64,000 bases of DNA from Octopus vulgaris (GCA_951406725.2 OX597817.1:73594001-73658000); one strand, 5' to 3'. Numbered from the stretch's first letter, positions 25,701 through 41,129 are shown. Program-made: numbers and translations. Notes: generated from the sequence alone by a model not told the origin.

Positions 25701-26530
25701 TCCATGATTTTTCCAGGCATTGCTGTTATAAGATAACTAATAATGTATCAATTAATAATTTAAGATTTTACCTTATAAAATACTGAAAGATAATATTTCA
25801 ATAGTTTTCGTGTTTAATTTAAATATGTTGTGACTGAAATATTTGATATTACCAATCCACACCAAATTAATGGAAAGGATTTTTACCATGTTGCTGGTTG
25901 TACCATGGCTCACCAAAAGTTACAGACAAGACCACAAAACCACTAGTTACCAGGCTCACCTTAAATAACCTAATTTTGCAATATTAAGAGGTCACAGGAA
26001 TTCATTCAACGAAAGAAAATTCCAATGATTCAGGGGTTAGGGGGACCCTCCCACCCCTAATTTTTTCAGAACCAAAATAAGAGATTTGCAGCATATTAGG
26101 AGGCCAGAGAACTTGATTCCACACAAAAAATATTTTTTTTCTTAGTGAAAATCGTGCGGGTTTCAGTATAGAAATTGACCATAATGTTGTTATTGAGCTT
26201 CAAATAAACCCTGATACTGCAAACGTATCATCAAAGACATTTCAAATTTCAGCAAACCGTCTCTTTAGGGATAATCTAGGACATTACATACACTGGGCGT
26301 GTGATTTAGGTAGGGGGATACTTTGGCTGCTATTTTTAGCGTGTCGAGTGACCAGGTAGTGACCATTGGTTCGATTGCGGGATGAAATTTCTTTACACAT
26401 ATATGTAATATATGTATATATCATCGGCTGAAGTTAGAGAGTAAGTCAAAAGCTGAGTGTTTCGTGTATTGGCACTTATCAAACACGAATTTGTCCATTG
26501 TTACTCTGTAACTTCTGACGAAATAACTTT

Positions 26531-26920
26531 TAAAATACAAAATTTTGTCAAAAACGTTAAGAGCAAACCCTGTTTTATGTGACACATTCTACCAGTATCG
26601 GAAGTTTGAAAGTGTTTAGTTAAAAAAAATTAATCAAATAATCTGTACGTCTAATTGAATAAATCCGAAATAGATGAAAGGCAAAGTCGACCTCGGCGGA
26701 ATTTGTACTCAGAACGTAAAGACAGACGAAATACTGTATCTAAAATACAAAATTTTGTCAAAAATGTTAAGAATAAACCCTGTTCTATGTGACATATTCT
26801 ACCAGTATCGGAAGTTTGAATGTGTTTAGTTTTAAAAAATTAATTAAATAATCTGTACGTCAAAGTCGACCTCGGTGAAATTTGAACTCAAAAATGTAAA
26901 GACCGATAAAATACTCATAT
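26531..26920. repeat. Local tandem duplication (~210-bp period) including an S2 SINE piece
   Basis: aaaatacaaaattttgtcaaaaa..ccagtatcggaagtttgaa..aatctgtacgtc occurs at about 26532 and 26742. Confidence 0.85.
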
Positions 26921-27808
26921 GCATGTTACCTGCGCGCTAACGTTTCTGTCAACTAGCCGCCTTACATAACAGGCATTGATTTTAGAAATATATTCTTTAT
27001 TCTTATAGCTGAAGCGTTACTCCCTTATTTCCTCACTTACTGACATAAAATTTCATAACATTTTACTCATAAAACTTCAACTAAATTTTGTTCAATGCGA
27101 CTAGTGATTCTTAATTCCTCATGCATTTTTCTATCATTTAAGCCTAATAAAGGTATACTTTTAATTTGAAATTAAAAAGTCTATGTTAATTGAAGGTGCA
27201 TAGGTGCCTTACTGCCCGCCTTGGGATCGTAGATATTTCGATGTACCTTTTTGTCTACTGAACCAAATCTCAAACTATTTATGTCAAAGTGTAGCTGAGG
27301 AGGTGTCCTCTTTAATACTGTTAACAGTTTGCAATTTACTTGAGAACTGAATTAGTGGTGAAGCTTGGAAACTGCTGCGATTGACGAAATTGTGGACTTC
27401 AGAACGTATTCAACCACTACCGTGGTTGAATGATACGCATATTAGTTATGATAATGCTCTTTTCTTCATGAATCTATTGCAATTCTGTTTCTTTTTTGTG
27501 TATTGGTGACATCGCAATTATCACTGCCGCTGTCATCATCGTGACCACCACCACCATCACCAGCAGCACCACCACCACCACCACCACCACCACCACCACC
27601 ACCACCACCACCACCACCACCACCACCACCATCACTACCAACATGGTCATCATCATTAACAACATCCAGAATGCCCCCTACCAATCTTGTTTATTTGAAA
27701 TAAAAATAGTTATAAAAGATGCTTGCCTTTAATGTATATGTATATTTACATACATATACATACATACATACATACATACATGCTTACGTACATACATACA
27801 TATACTTA

Positions 27809-27855
<47 letters not shown>

Positions 27856-28354
27856 GCATGTGTATTATGCAAACACATATAGATAATACATATAGACACA
27901 CACACGCACATACATATAAGTATGCATGTATGCATGTATATTTATATGTGTGTGTGCGTGTGCGTGTGTATTTATGCAGTTCTATTTATTTGCTTTCATA
28001 TATGTATAAATCTGTGAAGGAATGAAATAAAATCATGTTGTTGTGTGCATAAAATATATATTGCCTAATCGATGTTAAGCCGTCAAAAGCACAAATATGC
28101 AAATGAAGCTATTCACCACAGTGATCACCTAATTTATAGCTGCTTTTAAATATTACCTGAATATTCTACGTTACTCACTGTAGGAAGGAAGTCGAGTATG
28201 CCACCTTTAAGGAACGGTAAAAAAACTTACCTTCTATCTTTTTGACACATTACAAGTACAGAGTGGGCCTTGTAATATTTAATTTTTCCATTCCCTTTGA
28301 TTCACACTGCGTCGTGCTATCAATCAATCAATTAACGAATGAATGAATCCATCC

Positions 28355-28445
<91 letters not shown>

Positions 28446-28450
28446 AATCA

Positions 28451-28528
<78 letters not shown>

Positions 28529-29429
28529 TTGTGTGTGTGTGTATGCATATATGAATGTGAGGGACTCTCCTGTCGAAGGTGCTGTATGATTGTTTAACGA
28601 GAAGACAGCAAAACAGACAACCGAATAAACAATCAACAACACACTCAAGTTGCTATTACTACCATTCACCAATGTTTACGACTCATTCCCTACACATGTG
28701 AGTCCTCAGATCCCTAAAAGCTATAAGGATATGAGTATATACATATTAAAGCAGCACATGATCTGTCTGAGAAATAACAATGTTGACAGCGATGGCTTGC
28801 GAGAAGATTGTTGTTCTGTTGATTTCTTTTCCTGTTTTCCAGTAACTACTCTTGATGTTATATGTATATATTTATTTATGTATATCCTCTTTCTCCTCCT
28901 CATCATCAATATTATCATCTGGTAGAACGACTTACTCGGATCATTACAGCTCTTCCACGCCAGATGTTGGGATCGAGCGACGCGGCATTAACATCTGGTT
29001 TGTATTTTTTGTCAAATGGGTCTTTCGCTAGCAAGAAATATCTCATCTGTGCATGCCACGGCCACAGATGATAGCGGTAGTTGGCTAATTTAAACTCGCT
29101 TTTGATGGTTTGTTGCCTGGTCACCCTCTCAGCATTTAGTGAAATTCGCCATTGATTCAGTGAATTAATTTGCCGAAATATTTCACATCCACCATGCTGC
29201 ATACGCGAGCTTTTATGGTTACATGTTATTTAGCCCATAGTTTGGATCCTGCTAGGTGTCACTACTCCGAATCAGAGTAGTTCTGTAAATCTGGGAACAA
29301 TGATGGGTAAGAAGTGGTTCCATTCTTTCTAAACAGTGGAACTCACGTACTGAGTCAACGCATGCAGTATAAAGTCATAGTCAAGGCACTCATGCATGCC
29401 CCCCCTCATATGTTACATATATGTATATA

Positions 29430-29549
<120 letters not shown>

Positions 29550-29566
29550 TATAGTGAGTGAGTAGA

Positions 29567-29606
<40 letters not shown>

Positions 29607-29609
<3 letters not shown>

Positions 29610-29780
29610 AGTGACTGTGTGGTAAGTAGCTTGCTTACGAACCAGATGTTTCCGGTTTCAGTCCCACTGCGTGGCACCTTGGGCAAGTGTCTTCTGCTAT
29701 AGCCTCGGGCTGACCAAAGCCTTGTGAGTGGATTTGGTAGACGGAAACTGAAAGAAGCCCGTCGTATATATGTATGTATA

Positions 29781-29864
<84 letters not shown>

Positions 29865-30092
29865 TGTGTGTGTTCGTGTGTCTGTTTTTGTCCCCCCCAA
29901 CATCGCTTGACAACCGATGCTGGTGTGTTTACGTCCCCGTAACTTAGCGGTTCTGCAAAAGAGACCGATAGAATAAGTAGTAGGATTACAAAAAATAAAA
30001 TCCTGGGATCGATTTGCTCGCCTAAAGGCGGTGCTCCAGCATGGCCACAGTCAAATGACTGAAGCAAGGAAAAGAATAAAAGAGTAAAAGAG
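29607..30092 (+). mobile_element. Full-length SINE S1
   Basis: tRNA head (tgtgtggtaagtagcttgctt..ccggtttcagtccc), CORE-like segment, internal (TA)n(TG)n, 3' body and tail. Confidence 0.9.
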
Positions 30093-30383
30093 TACACACA
30101 CACATATATGTAGGTTTAGAAATATACATATACAGATTTTTTTTAGATAGATTGATAGAGCAGAAAAGATATGTAGATATTTGCTTTTGAAGTAAATATA
30201 GTTATTGTTATATTGCATCTTATTTACACTTTACAAAACATACACACATATATGGATGCATGCATACATATATACGTACATACACATATGTATGCGTAAT
30301 GTACTTTATATATATACGTACATAGATTAACACATATTTACGATGCATATTACTGAGAATCGTGCTGCTTTTCTTTATGAATC

Positions 30384-30452
<69 letters not shown>

Positions 30453-30863
30453 CTTTATTATTATTTGCATATTGGTGACACCAGAGCTATGTCTATCGCC
30501 ATCATCATCATCATCGCCGTCACCGCTGCTGCCCCACCCCACCATCATCATCATCATTGTCTTCAGCATCATTGTTTTCCTCATCATCAACAGCAACAAT
30601 GATAATGTAGACAACAGCAGCAGCAGCAATATTAACAAAAATATAATTTTTTTCTATCCTTTTCAGTATCCAGAACGTTCCTACCGATGTTGTTTACTGG
30701 ATGTAAATGCAAATACTTCCTTATAAAAGATGCATGCTAAGAACACATAAACACACACATACACACACGCACACACACATACAAACATTAACACATACCC
30801 TCATACAAACAAATACACGAACATGCGCATATGCATATATATATAAATATATATATATATATG

Positions 30864-30895
<32 letters not shown>

Positions 30896-31073
30896 TGTAT
30901 GTATGTATGTATGTATGTATGTATGTATGTATGTATGTATGTATGTATGTATGTATGTATGTATGTATGTATGTATGTATGTATGTATGTATATATATAT
31001 ATATATATATAGGCTATGTTAAATCTCTGAGCGAGATATATGTATTTATCGCTATACGTCTATAATGAATATC

Positions 31074-31104
<31 letters not shown>

Positions 31105-31191
31105 TTATATTTATATTCGCACACGCACATGAAAACGCATGTGCATGTACGTACACATGCGTATATGGACGCATACGCATAAACATCTATG

Positions 31192-31266
<75 letters not shown>

Positions 31267-31976
31267 AATGCCTAATCTGTATCATCACATACGAAGTAAC
31301 CTCAACCATAGGCTGCAAAAGTAACAGCTCGAATATCATATTAGCAAGAAGAGAACTGAAGATAAAAAGAGAAATTAAGAAAAAAATAAAAATAAGTCGC
31401 GAAGATGAGAGAGTAAATGCTAAAAAAAAAATGTAAAAAAATACATATTCAAGTCGCAAATCTAGCTTTACTTTTAGTTTTGTTGTTGTTGTTGTTAGTA
31501 TCATTATGGTTAATCTCTTTTATTCTTTTCTTTCTCTTATTTTGCATATTTACAAACATGAAAAAATATTCCAGGTAATACATATATATATACGTATGTG
31601 CGTATGTATGCGTGTATATATATATATGTATGTATGTATATTGTATATTCACTTACACAATATATTATGATTTGCGTTAAAAGTGTGTGCTTGTGTGCAT
31701 GTGTGTGCGCGCGCGGGTGTGAGTGTGCGTGCGTGCGCGTGTATGCGTGCGTGCGCGAGCGTATGTGCGCGTGTGCGCGTGTGTGTGTGTTTGTGTGCGT
31801 ATGTGTCAAAATCCAAGTTAAATTTGAAAGAAATGAAAGTGATAAAGCTGAAATTATGACATATACACACTATATTGAAATATTTTAAAGGAAATATCTG
31901 TCATAAAAGTGAAAAACCTGAACTCATCACGCGTGCGTGCTAGAAAAAGAAAGCAGCATATGAGCTATATACATGC

Positions 31977-32112
<136 letters not shown>

Positions 32113-32573
32113 AAGAAAACTCCGTAGTGCCCATAAAATTATATATAGGCACAAAAACACTCTCTCGCATACTCTTTTCATCATCGATCATATAACAACA
32201 AATAATAACTTTACAAAAGAATTTGTACAGCTGGAAAATAATGGGGATTTATAATCTGATTGGAGAAGCTGCAAATGTGTCTTTCGAAGGGTATTTCCGG
32301 AAGCGTTTGTGGCGGACATTAGATGTCTTGGCAGAACCATTTTGGCGCTGGCCACTTATGTGGTGCCGTTGATACGACGCTGAATTATTTGACATTGGAC
32401 GTTTTAACGTTCTTCATGCACTCTGCTCACCCTTCTCTCTCTCTCTGTTTATGTGTATGAGCATATGTTCTTTGTGAGTATTTATGTCAATCGCTTTCAA
32501 TTGATAATTTATAATCTCTCTCTCTCTCTCTCTCTCTCAATTTCTCTCACTATCTATCTCTATCTATCTATCT

Positions 32574-32634
<61 letters not shown>

Positions 32635-32749
32635 TATATAGATAGATAGATAGATAGATATATAGATATATCTGTCAATCTATCTATTTGTATTCACATA
32701 TTTCTGCGTATGCGTGCGTGTGGGTTTGAGTGTGTTTGCATCCTGTGCC

Positions 32750-34370
32750 TAAAGGTACTGTTATCAAATCAGACTGTATGTGCAAAGACCAGCAAACAAT
32801 CGTCTGGTTCCTTTCTGCGAAAATTCTTTAATATGTCAGACTAAATGATCCCGGAACTTTCTGGAACCACCACTTCCATATATTCGGGGAATACAAAATG
32901 CATCGTGATAAAGAATAAAGCTCAACTAACAGAAATTTTTAAGGAAGTGCTGTTGAAATTGCCAGAACATATGGAGTGTTAGGGCAACCTAACAGTATTC
33001 CTGTTCTGAACAAACAACAGCGAGTCATTTACAAATTAGTTACCACATCAGTTGTAGAAGAATATGGACGACTAAACTACCTCAATGCAGTGTAAGGAAG
33101 TTGTGAAAGTTTGATATTGTCAACAATATTCACAAGAATGTAATACGAATTAAAGATCACTTTTGCAACACCAGAAATGTTTATCTAATGGCTGGACAAT
33201 ATATTTGTGCTTCAAAGTGCATTTAATGATAGCTGGGCGCTCAATAAATCAAAATGGGGTGCAAACTGACTACTTTAAACAAGTTTAATCGTCATACATG
33301 AAGTAATGTTTAACAAGAAATTATTTTGAGCAATGGACAGCACATTCCGTGATGTTCTGGACATGGAAATAATAGACCATTTGGAAGAATTTCGATGATG
33401 TTTCTGGGAATTGATGCCAATTCCTCCCACTTGTTGCTGCAGAGACTATCAATTAACGAATGCTTCTTGAGGTCTCCACTTTGGGAAAACATTCATATCA
33501 TGGAATGCGAATCACCAGAAACATGCGTAATCAGACAGCAGCAGGCGACAATGAAGAAAACTTTGGAATTGGTGAAGGAAGCTAACAAGTGCAATCGAAG
33601 ATAAGAATTCCAGATAAACTTATATTTCCAGGATAAACTAATAAAATATTTGCAATCTTTCAGAAAAACTAAATCTATGAAATCATTGTGTAATTACATA
33701 CTTATTCTTCCAAATAAAGTCGGTGTTAATGAAAGTAATGGTGTTACGATAGATTCCTTTCCAGATCAAATGAAAAATATATATAGTGATATTATCTTTA
33801 TTGTAATGAAATACATCTTTACTGAACTGAGGTTTTAAGCACAGTCTCTTTCAGTAGGATGGCTTAACACGTCTCAAAGAAAGTGCATCCATTGCACTTC
33901 GAAATTTCGATGCAGCTAATGGCCTTTGCAATAGGATAAAATATATTAGTAAGACTCAACAGAACAATTATTTAATCTGTCACTGTTTCTGGCAAACATG
34001 AAAGGAAAGGTTATTTTTCTGAAGGATACATAAGCAATGTTGTAATCATGCACGACTATTGCAAATGCAGTAACGCCAATTTTTCCTCAAATTATCGTTT
34101 AGTTTTACAGTTCACAAAGCACAAAATCAAATGCTTTCAAAGCCCGGAGGGTACAGAGACAACAGTGATAGATTTTCTGCTGGTTGACATTATGTTGCTA
34201 TATCCAGAATAGGAAAACAAGTGAACTAAATATTATGGCATAATCGTGGAATAAAAGTATATCGCTTTCAGAGAATATTGTGTATGTAGAAATTTTGTTG
34301 GGATTTTATCTTCAGGATCGGTTTAAGCACGCTCAATTTGAACCTTTCGGTGGTTGAAATAAATTGCTAG
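32750..34370 (+). mobile_element. Helitron relic (Pif1-type helicase C-terminal motifs, probable 3' end)
   Basis: RPFGRISMMFLG, LRNFDAANGLCN, RQFFLKLSFSFTVHKAQNQ and YVAISRIG in the order expected for a Pif1 helicase; weak hairpin then CTAG-T near 34340-34371; many stops. Confidence 0.8.
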
Positions 34371-35299
34371 TGCTTCAGAAGTTGGTAGTGGTCTACTTTC
34401 GGAACTAGGTTGTCCCGCTCAATGTCATCGATATGATTCCATCGCTTAGTATCTTTATGATTTTCACATTTGATTGCACCGTCAAAACTGTGCGTCCCTT
34501 GTGCTGCTCCCCAAACTTTAGATGACGATTCTCATTTAACCTAGTCCTTCACATCAGATCTCCCCGGTTTGGTTAGACCTGCTTGAAAAAAAAATTCTGG
34601 TGGTATGGTTTTGGGATCATAGAGATACGTTTGCTCTACTCTTATGTCCAAAGTGAGATTCATTGGGTTATATACATAATTTCTGTTTCACTAGTTTGCA
34701 ACACATATGATAACTGTGTTTCTATTTCAGTAAAGCGGTGTCGACTGTCGCCACGTGTGGCAATCAATAAACTTTTATACTACTTAATATGTACCATGCT
34801 GTTTCCTAAAACACATAAATTACACATCTAACTTCTTAAAACTCGTACATATATTTATATTTGTCCTACACAAACATTAATGTAAATACTACTTTTATTA
34901 ATTTTGCCATTTCAAAAAGTTATATATATCTATGTATTGCTGTCCATTATCAAATACATACCGTTATCGTAATTGTAACAACACATGCTGTTTTATAACT
35001 TTATATCATCCTACCACTCACATCAAAACAGATCTATATTTTGGAGTATACATTAGAAAAAGAGACAAAAACTTATAATAATTGATTGTCGTTATTTTCA
35101 ACCTATTGATTTTGCACAAATGTCTCATTATGCTATTTTCATCAAAGGCTGTTGCGTTCCGTTAATGTCACTTGAGTCAAATGAATATTTAATTAAAGAA
35201 CGAAACGAGATTTTTCTGTTTACATTTAATCTCTTCCGTCCGTAGGAAGGACATTGGGCTAATGCAGTGGAAACCAGTCATTATAATCACGGATATTGT

Positions 35300-35800
35300 T
35301 ATCAGCTGGTTATTGTAATGAAAATTAATAGGTCCCATACTCGTCAGTTGTTTAATGTTATCAGCCAATTATCATAGAAAAGGTTTCCAAACACTAAACA
35401 ACATATTAATTATGAACACCGAGTCGATATTATAAAATCTAAGACTAGAATAATTTACGCGTCCTAACAATACCTTATCTCCAACGAACCGTTCTGAAAA
35501 TCACTCAATACGAATAAGCATAACAGGAATAAAAAACAAAACACATTCCGTATCTTTTTGCTACGAGTACAAACACTTAAAACAATTACCTAGATATAAT
35601 ATGCGAAATTAGTCCAATTTATGCAAAAGCCCAAACAAAATCTACCACCCAGCCTACTGAAAATCTCACAGAACTTGCATCATACGCACCAATATCAGCC
35701 TCTTTTATGCACCCTGATGATTTCCAAACACGAAAGAAACATAACTTGTTTTGTTATTATTTGAATAAACAATATCTCCACTCTGCAAAATATAGTTGAG
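35300..35800 (+). mobile_element. Penelope-like 3' relic followed by HHR-like motif (35714-35750)
   Basis: YEHRVDI.. GIY-YIG C-terminal-like pattern; CTGATGA-tttc-caaacac-gaaa-GAAA-ca..tgtt with poor stem I. Confidence 0.45.
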
Positions 35801-35860
35801 TACTTTGCCTTGAAATGTGGGTCTCTCCGTTTTTTTTTTTTAAAGCTGGCATCTCTTAAA

Positions 35861-35944
<84 letters not shown>

Positions 35945-37380
35945 CATCCATTTACCTGTGTGAGCGTGCGCGCGTGTTTGTATGCATATATATACTTGGA
36001 ATTTACAAAATTACAAAAGACGAAGACAGGTATGTAAACAACAAACAAGCGTATTAGTTTAATGCTTTGGAAGGTGAGAAAGTATTTTACGTTTCGAGCC
36101 TACGCTCTTCAACAGAAAGGAAGGTGGACCTGTCCAAAATACAAACAGAAAAGAACTTCTGGACTGAGGGACCACGGGCTTTCTCTAGTGTTGGGCATTG
36201 CCTTTTTTTTTATTCCATATGTAACAATAAGACAATGATGGCAAACCTCTGTCACTGGAGTATCACTTAATGTCAACATGTATATTAGTTGTAAATAATT
36301 GTCCATCTACTTTTTATGCTATGATATTGCAGATACACATTTCCAAAGGGTATCGTGAGTCACAATGAGACCTGTGGTGGTGTATCACTGCTGACACTGT
36401 TACTAGACCTGATCGAAGTAGTTTTAAATTTGTAGTGAGTTTAAGGTTTTAGATGATTTAGATGTGTTGTTCAGGATTATAGAGGGTATAGTGCTGCAGG
36501 ACTTTTTTCTACTATGTTTTCTAATATATGTAGGTGTTCTTAAAGGAGAGTGGGTTGGTGGACTCCAGTTGGAGACTATATTCAAGGTCCAAAGAATTGG
36601 CGCAACTTGGCAAAATGTATCTAGGCAACTCAATGCTTAAGCTGTGAGGAATGATGGGGGTAAGCGTCAGACAAAATACTTTGCAGTGTTTATTATTGTT
36701 CTTTACTTTTCGAGTTTCATTATTTCGAGGTCAATAAAATAGCATCCGCCTAGTACTAGAGCTGATATAATTGACAATTCTCACCCACCAAAATTTATGC
36801 CCTTAGGTTTTTGTATGAGAACATTATTTATGCTCGATTAATAAAGAGGGGATTGTGCTGAAGTTTATCAATGTATAAGATGAAGGGAGAAACATAGTTA
36901 AACACTGAAGCAAATAGGAGAGATCCCTATCACTGCAATCGGCGATGGTAACGAATGGACAGAAACGCCTCACTTCAAGAGATTTGATGCAGCGGGAAAT
37001 TAACTGTTCTAAACATCGTTAAAATATATATGTAGATATACATTCCTCTCATTCTCACGTTCACAAACACACACACATACGCAAACACACACACATACAC
37101 AAACAGCGCGCCATATATATATGTATATATATACAAGATAAGAAAATGGAGAAATACATCTAAATCAAATATCAATTACCCGATAATACTCAATCACATA
37201 CTTTATTAAACCTCCACATAAGAGACTGTAGGGTTAAATATAAAAAGCAGAACAAATCAGTGTACATAAAGGAATGTACATAAAAAAGTGTACATAAAAG
37301 AGTAACGTTGTATAATAAGTAGAATATATATAAAAAAGAGAATACAAATACAAGTAAATATAAATATAAGTATTAATTAG

Positions 37381-37507
37381 ATCTTACAGCTGTTTCGGCC
37401 ATGTCGATAGTTATGTCTCATTTTACCAATATTAGCACTTTATGGTTGGTCAATATATAGATATAAATGAGACACTAACAAAAATATCCCAAGGCCTCTT
37501 CGGAGAT
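37381..37507 (-). ncRNA. Hammerhead-like motif with ~90-nt loop II (U4C)
   Basis: atct-CCGAAGA-ggcc...ggcc-GAAA-cagct-GTA-agat. Confidence 0.55.
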
Positions 37508-38419
37508 TATGTAATATAACTCAGTCTACATATATACCCACATGGGTGTGGGTGCATACCCACAATACAACATATATATATACATATGAGTGCATATACT
37601 CACACTCCTATACATATAAAAATATACATTTACATAATGACATAAATAAATAATATAGATTAGTAAGCATATATATGTGTTCCACACTCAATGTCTCAGT
37701 TTTTCGACTTAATATTGTGATAATAAACATACACAAATTAATACCTAGATGCAAATATACATAGTCAATAGTACATTATATTACTTCCTAATAGTTTCTA
37801 AAGTGTCATTAAAGTTAGGTGCGTATTTAGTCGCCAGCGGACATAGCACTCTCTGGACACTCGATCGGCCCTCTCTCCGAAGACCCAGTGGAGCACCCAG
37901 AGGAACCCCATCACCAGCTGGTTGGTGCTTATTTTCAGATGGAGCAACGTAAAATGAAACGCATTAACACGACGCGCCGTGCGATCCAGGAATCGAACCC
38001 ACGACCTTACGATCATTAGGTCAACATCCAACGACAAGGCAAAGTTGCATTTACATACACATATACACACATACAGAACACACGTACACACACATACACA
38101 TCAGCGGTTCATACATACGCAATACACACATCTATTTGCATGCGTATCTATTTTTTGTGTCTGATTCTATGCACACACATACGTTAAAACACTGATATAA
38201 TTATCGATATAGATCAATATATCGATCGATAGGTAGATAACTATCAAGCAGATACTTTGGTGATAATAGATTATGTATAAATCACAAGATAATTAATGGG
38301 TATATTTTGTTTCCACTTCACTCAATTTTTACGTCATTTAACGCTTGACTGGATATCTCTACAGTAACAGAAAATCTCTTTGAAGATTATCAATACTGCC
38401 GTCCTTGTGGCAAATAAAA

Positions 38420-38481
<62 letters not shown>

Positions 38482-39950
38482 TTATAAGTAGTAGTATTAG
38501 TATTGGTTGAGTCAGACGTGACTATAAAGAACTGCGAATTAAAAAAAAAAATTATTTGCTTTCACTAGATGTTAGTTTTTTTCTGCTTTTATGAGATTTA
38601 TAACATTTTTTAGTGAGATATATATTTTTGTTGTTAGCATATATTCATTCTAGGGGAAATTGTTGAACTTTACTTATGTTTTTGTCCCTGAAGGCCAAGT
38701 TCAAATATATTTCTCTCTCTCTCTCTCTCTGTCTCGGTCTGTCAATATATCTGCCTCTCTCTCCCCCACATAACTTTCTATTTATTTATTCAGCACCTCC
38801 AGTAAATATTTCATCTCCCCGACGAAGAGTTCCACTTGAAACGTTACCATTCGCTTTCTTACAGTAAAAAAAAGATGAGCCGTTTTTGAGAACTTTTGTG
38901 GATATAGTAAAAGTTAGTAAGTAAATTACATTAAAATAGTGATAATATATGTAGATTTACGAGGGGCCTATCGGATGTAATCCCCAAATGGGCATAACTT
39001 TTTTTTATTAAATGACATAGGATTCTGGAACTAAAACTCATTAGGCCTGTTACTCGGTTTCTATGGCGCATAAGTGACTGAGATCACAGTATCAGCCCTG
39101 AATTGGTTGTCAGTCTGTTGCAGGGTTACTCCTTTACGACAAAAGGAACTGAAATAACGTGAAAGGAATTGTTTTGCTCAAGAAAACAACGCATCACGTG
39201 GTCCCGGAATCGAAAGTACACTTTTTTTTTATCGTGAGTGTAACACCCAAACCACTAGGCCATACGCCATACGCTATACGCCTTCACATTCAATGGCATA
39301 GAACTTTCAAATTGCATAAGTTCTCAGAATGGACCTTCTTCCTACATTTCTTCCTTGCAGGCAAATTATAGATTCCAAATAGAAGCCACGTACCGCCATT
39401 GAGTTCTTGACTGCAAGTTGTTCGGTATTTTTTCTCTATTTATTTATGTATAGATATAAAATGTTTGAAATTTTCTAACGAAATGAGACAGAATACTGCC
39501 TAAATCCATTTTTGCTGTATTTTGTTTTGTCGTCTAGCACGAGGAAACAACACATACAAAACAAGATAGAAAGATTCATGCATTTATCTAATTTCCTTAG
39601 GAAAATTCAGAATAATTATATTACAAAGAAACGATACTTCCATTTCTTCTGAATAATATTTCTGTCATGATATGTATATAAAACTACGAACTGGCAGAAA
39701 CTAGCACGGTGGGCAAAATGCTTAGCGGCATTTCGTCTGTCTTTACATTCTGAGTTCAAATTCTACTGAAGTCAACTTTGTCTTTCACCCTTTTGAGGTC
39801 GTTAAAATCTAGGGTCGATGTAATCGACTTACCCGGTTCTGTGTTAACCAGTTATTAAATACTTAAAACGGTTGAGCCTTTCTTTCGTTTGTTCATTCAC
39901 TAATACACACACACTCACACACAAAAATACACGTATGTGTGTGTGTGTAG

Positions 39951-39981
<31 letters not shown>

Positions 39982-40140
39982 ATCGTCTACCAATATAATC
40001 TCTGCTTTTTACCACAATAGGTCTGTACGAGATAATTTCTCACGACGAATACTGCAGTTTACGGCGTTTTCACAGCACATCTAAGATAAGCTTCCTGTAC
40101 AAATTAATATTCGTAACAGACTGAATATGTTACTAATAAC

Positions 40141-40184
<44 letters not shown>

Positions 40185-40313
40185 CACACACGCATAGATA
40201 CACACACATACACATATACATTTATACATACATATATATATATGTTTATATATACTCATATATAAGTATAACATATATATATATATATATGCATATATAT
40301 GTATGTATGTATG

Positions 40314-40359
<46 letters not shown>

Positions 40360-40594
40360 GCAATTAGCACCATATATCAGAACCTACGGGCCGTAGAATT
40401 ATGAAACTGACTAATTATAAGACCAGGGATTTAACTAACTCTCTTCTCTTCTATCCTACAACTGATATAATGAATCATGGCTTTCACTAAAATGTAAGAC
40501 AATTGAATTAACGAACAATTTTCTTTTTTTTTTTTCCTTTCTTTTCCTCACATTTTCTTTCTATTTTCCTTCTATTTATCTTTGCCCTATAATC

Positions 40595-40671
40595 GTTCCG
40601 ATGATGTCTATTAATTGCAACGAGGTAAATGCAAATTTACCCCAGATTGATATAGTGAAACAGCTGTAAAC
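40595..40671 (+). ncRNA. Hammerhead-like motif with expanded domain II (U4C)
   Basis: gtt-CCGATGA-...-GAAA-cagct-GTA-aac. Confidence 0.5.
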
Positions 40672-40752
40672 ATACTCTCTTCTTAATTAGATAATGACTT
40701 TATAACACCAACAATCCACTTCTCACTGTTTATTGGTCCATTTCTTATCGTC

Positions 40753-40784
<32 letters not shown>

Positions 40785-40794
40785 CACAGACACA

Positions 40795-40876
<82 letters not shown>

Positions 40877-41048
40877 ATGCATATATACATATACACTTAT
40901 ACAGATATATACATAAATATGTATCTATGTATATATCTATATACACACATACATGCATACACACACATACACACATACTTACATACATACATACATGCAT
41001 ACATACATACATACATACATATATACATATATACATATATATATATAC

Positions 41049-41082
<34 letters not shown>

Positions 41083-41083
41083 T

Positions 41084-41129
<46 letters not shown>

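Noticed and set aside
28158-28232. Minus-strand 21-nt micro-exon and nearby donor
   Set aside because: Splice signals are absent from the paralogous block at 20890-20970.
29040-29075. WPWHAQ as a trypsin-like protease N-terminal motif
   Set aside because: No following CGG or TAAHC motifs; a short chance-level match.
36130-36640. Possible RT fragment (SLSPEVLFCL) on minus
   Set aside because: Single weak motif; cannot assign a family.
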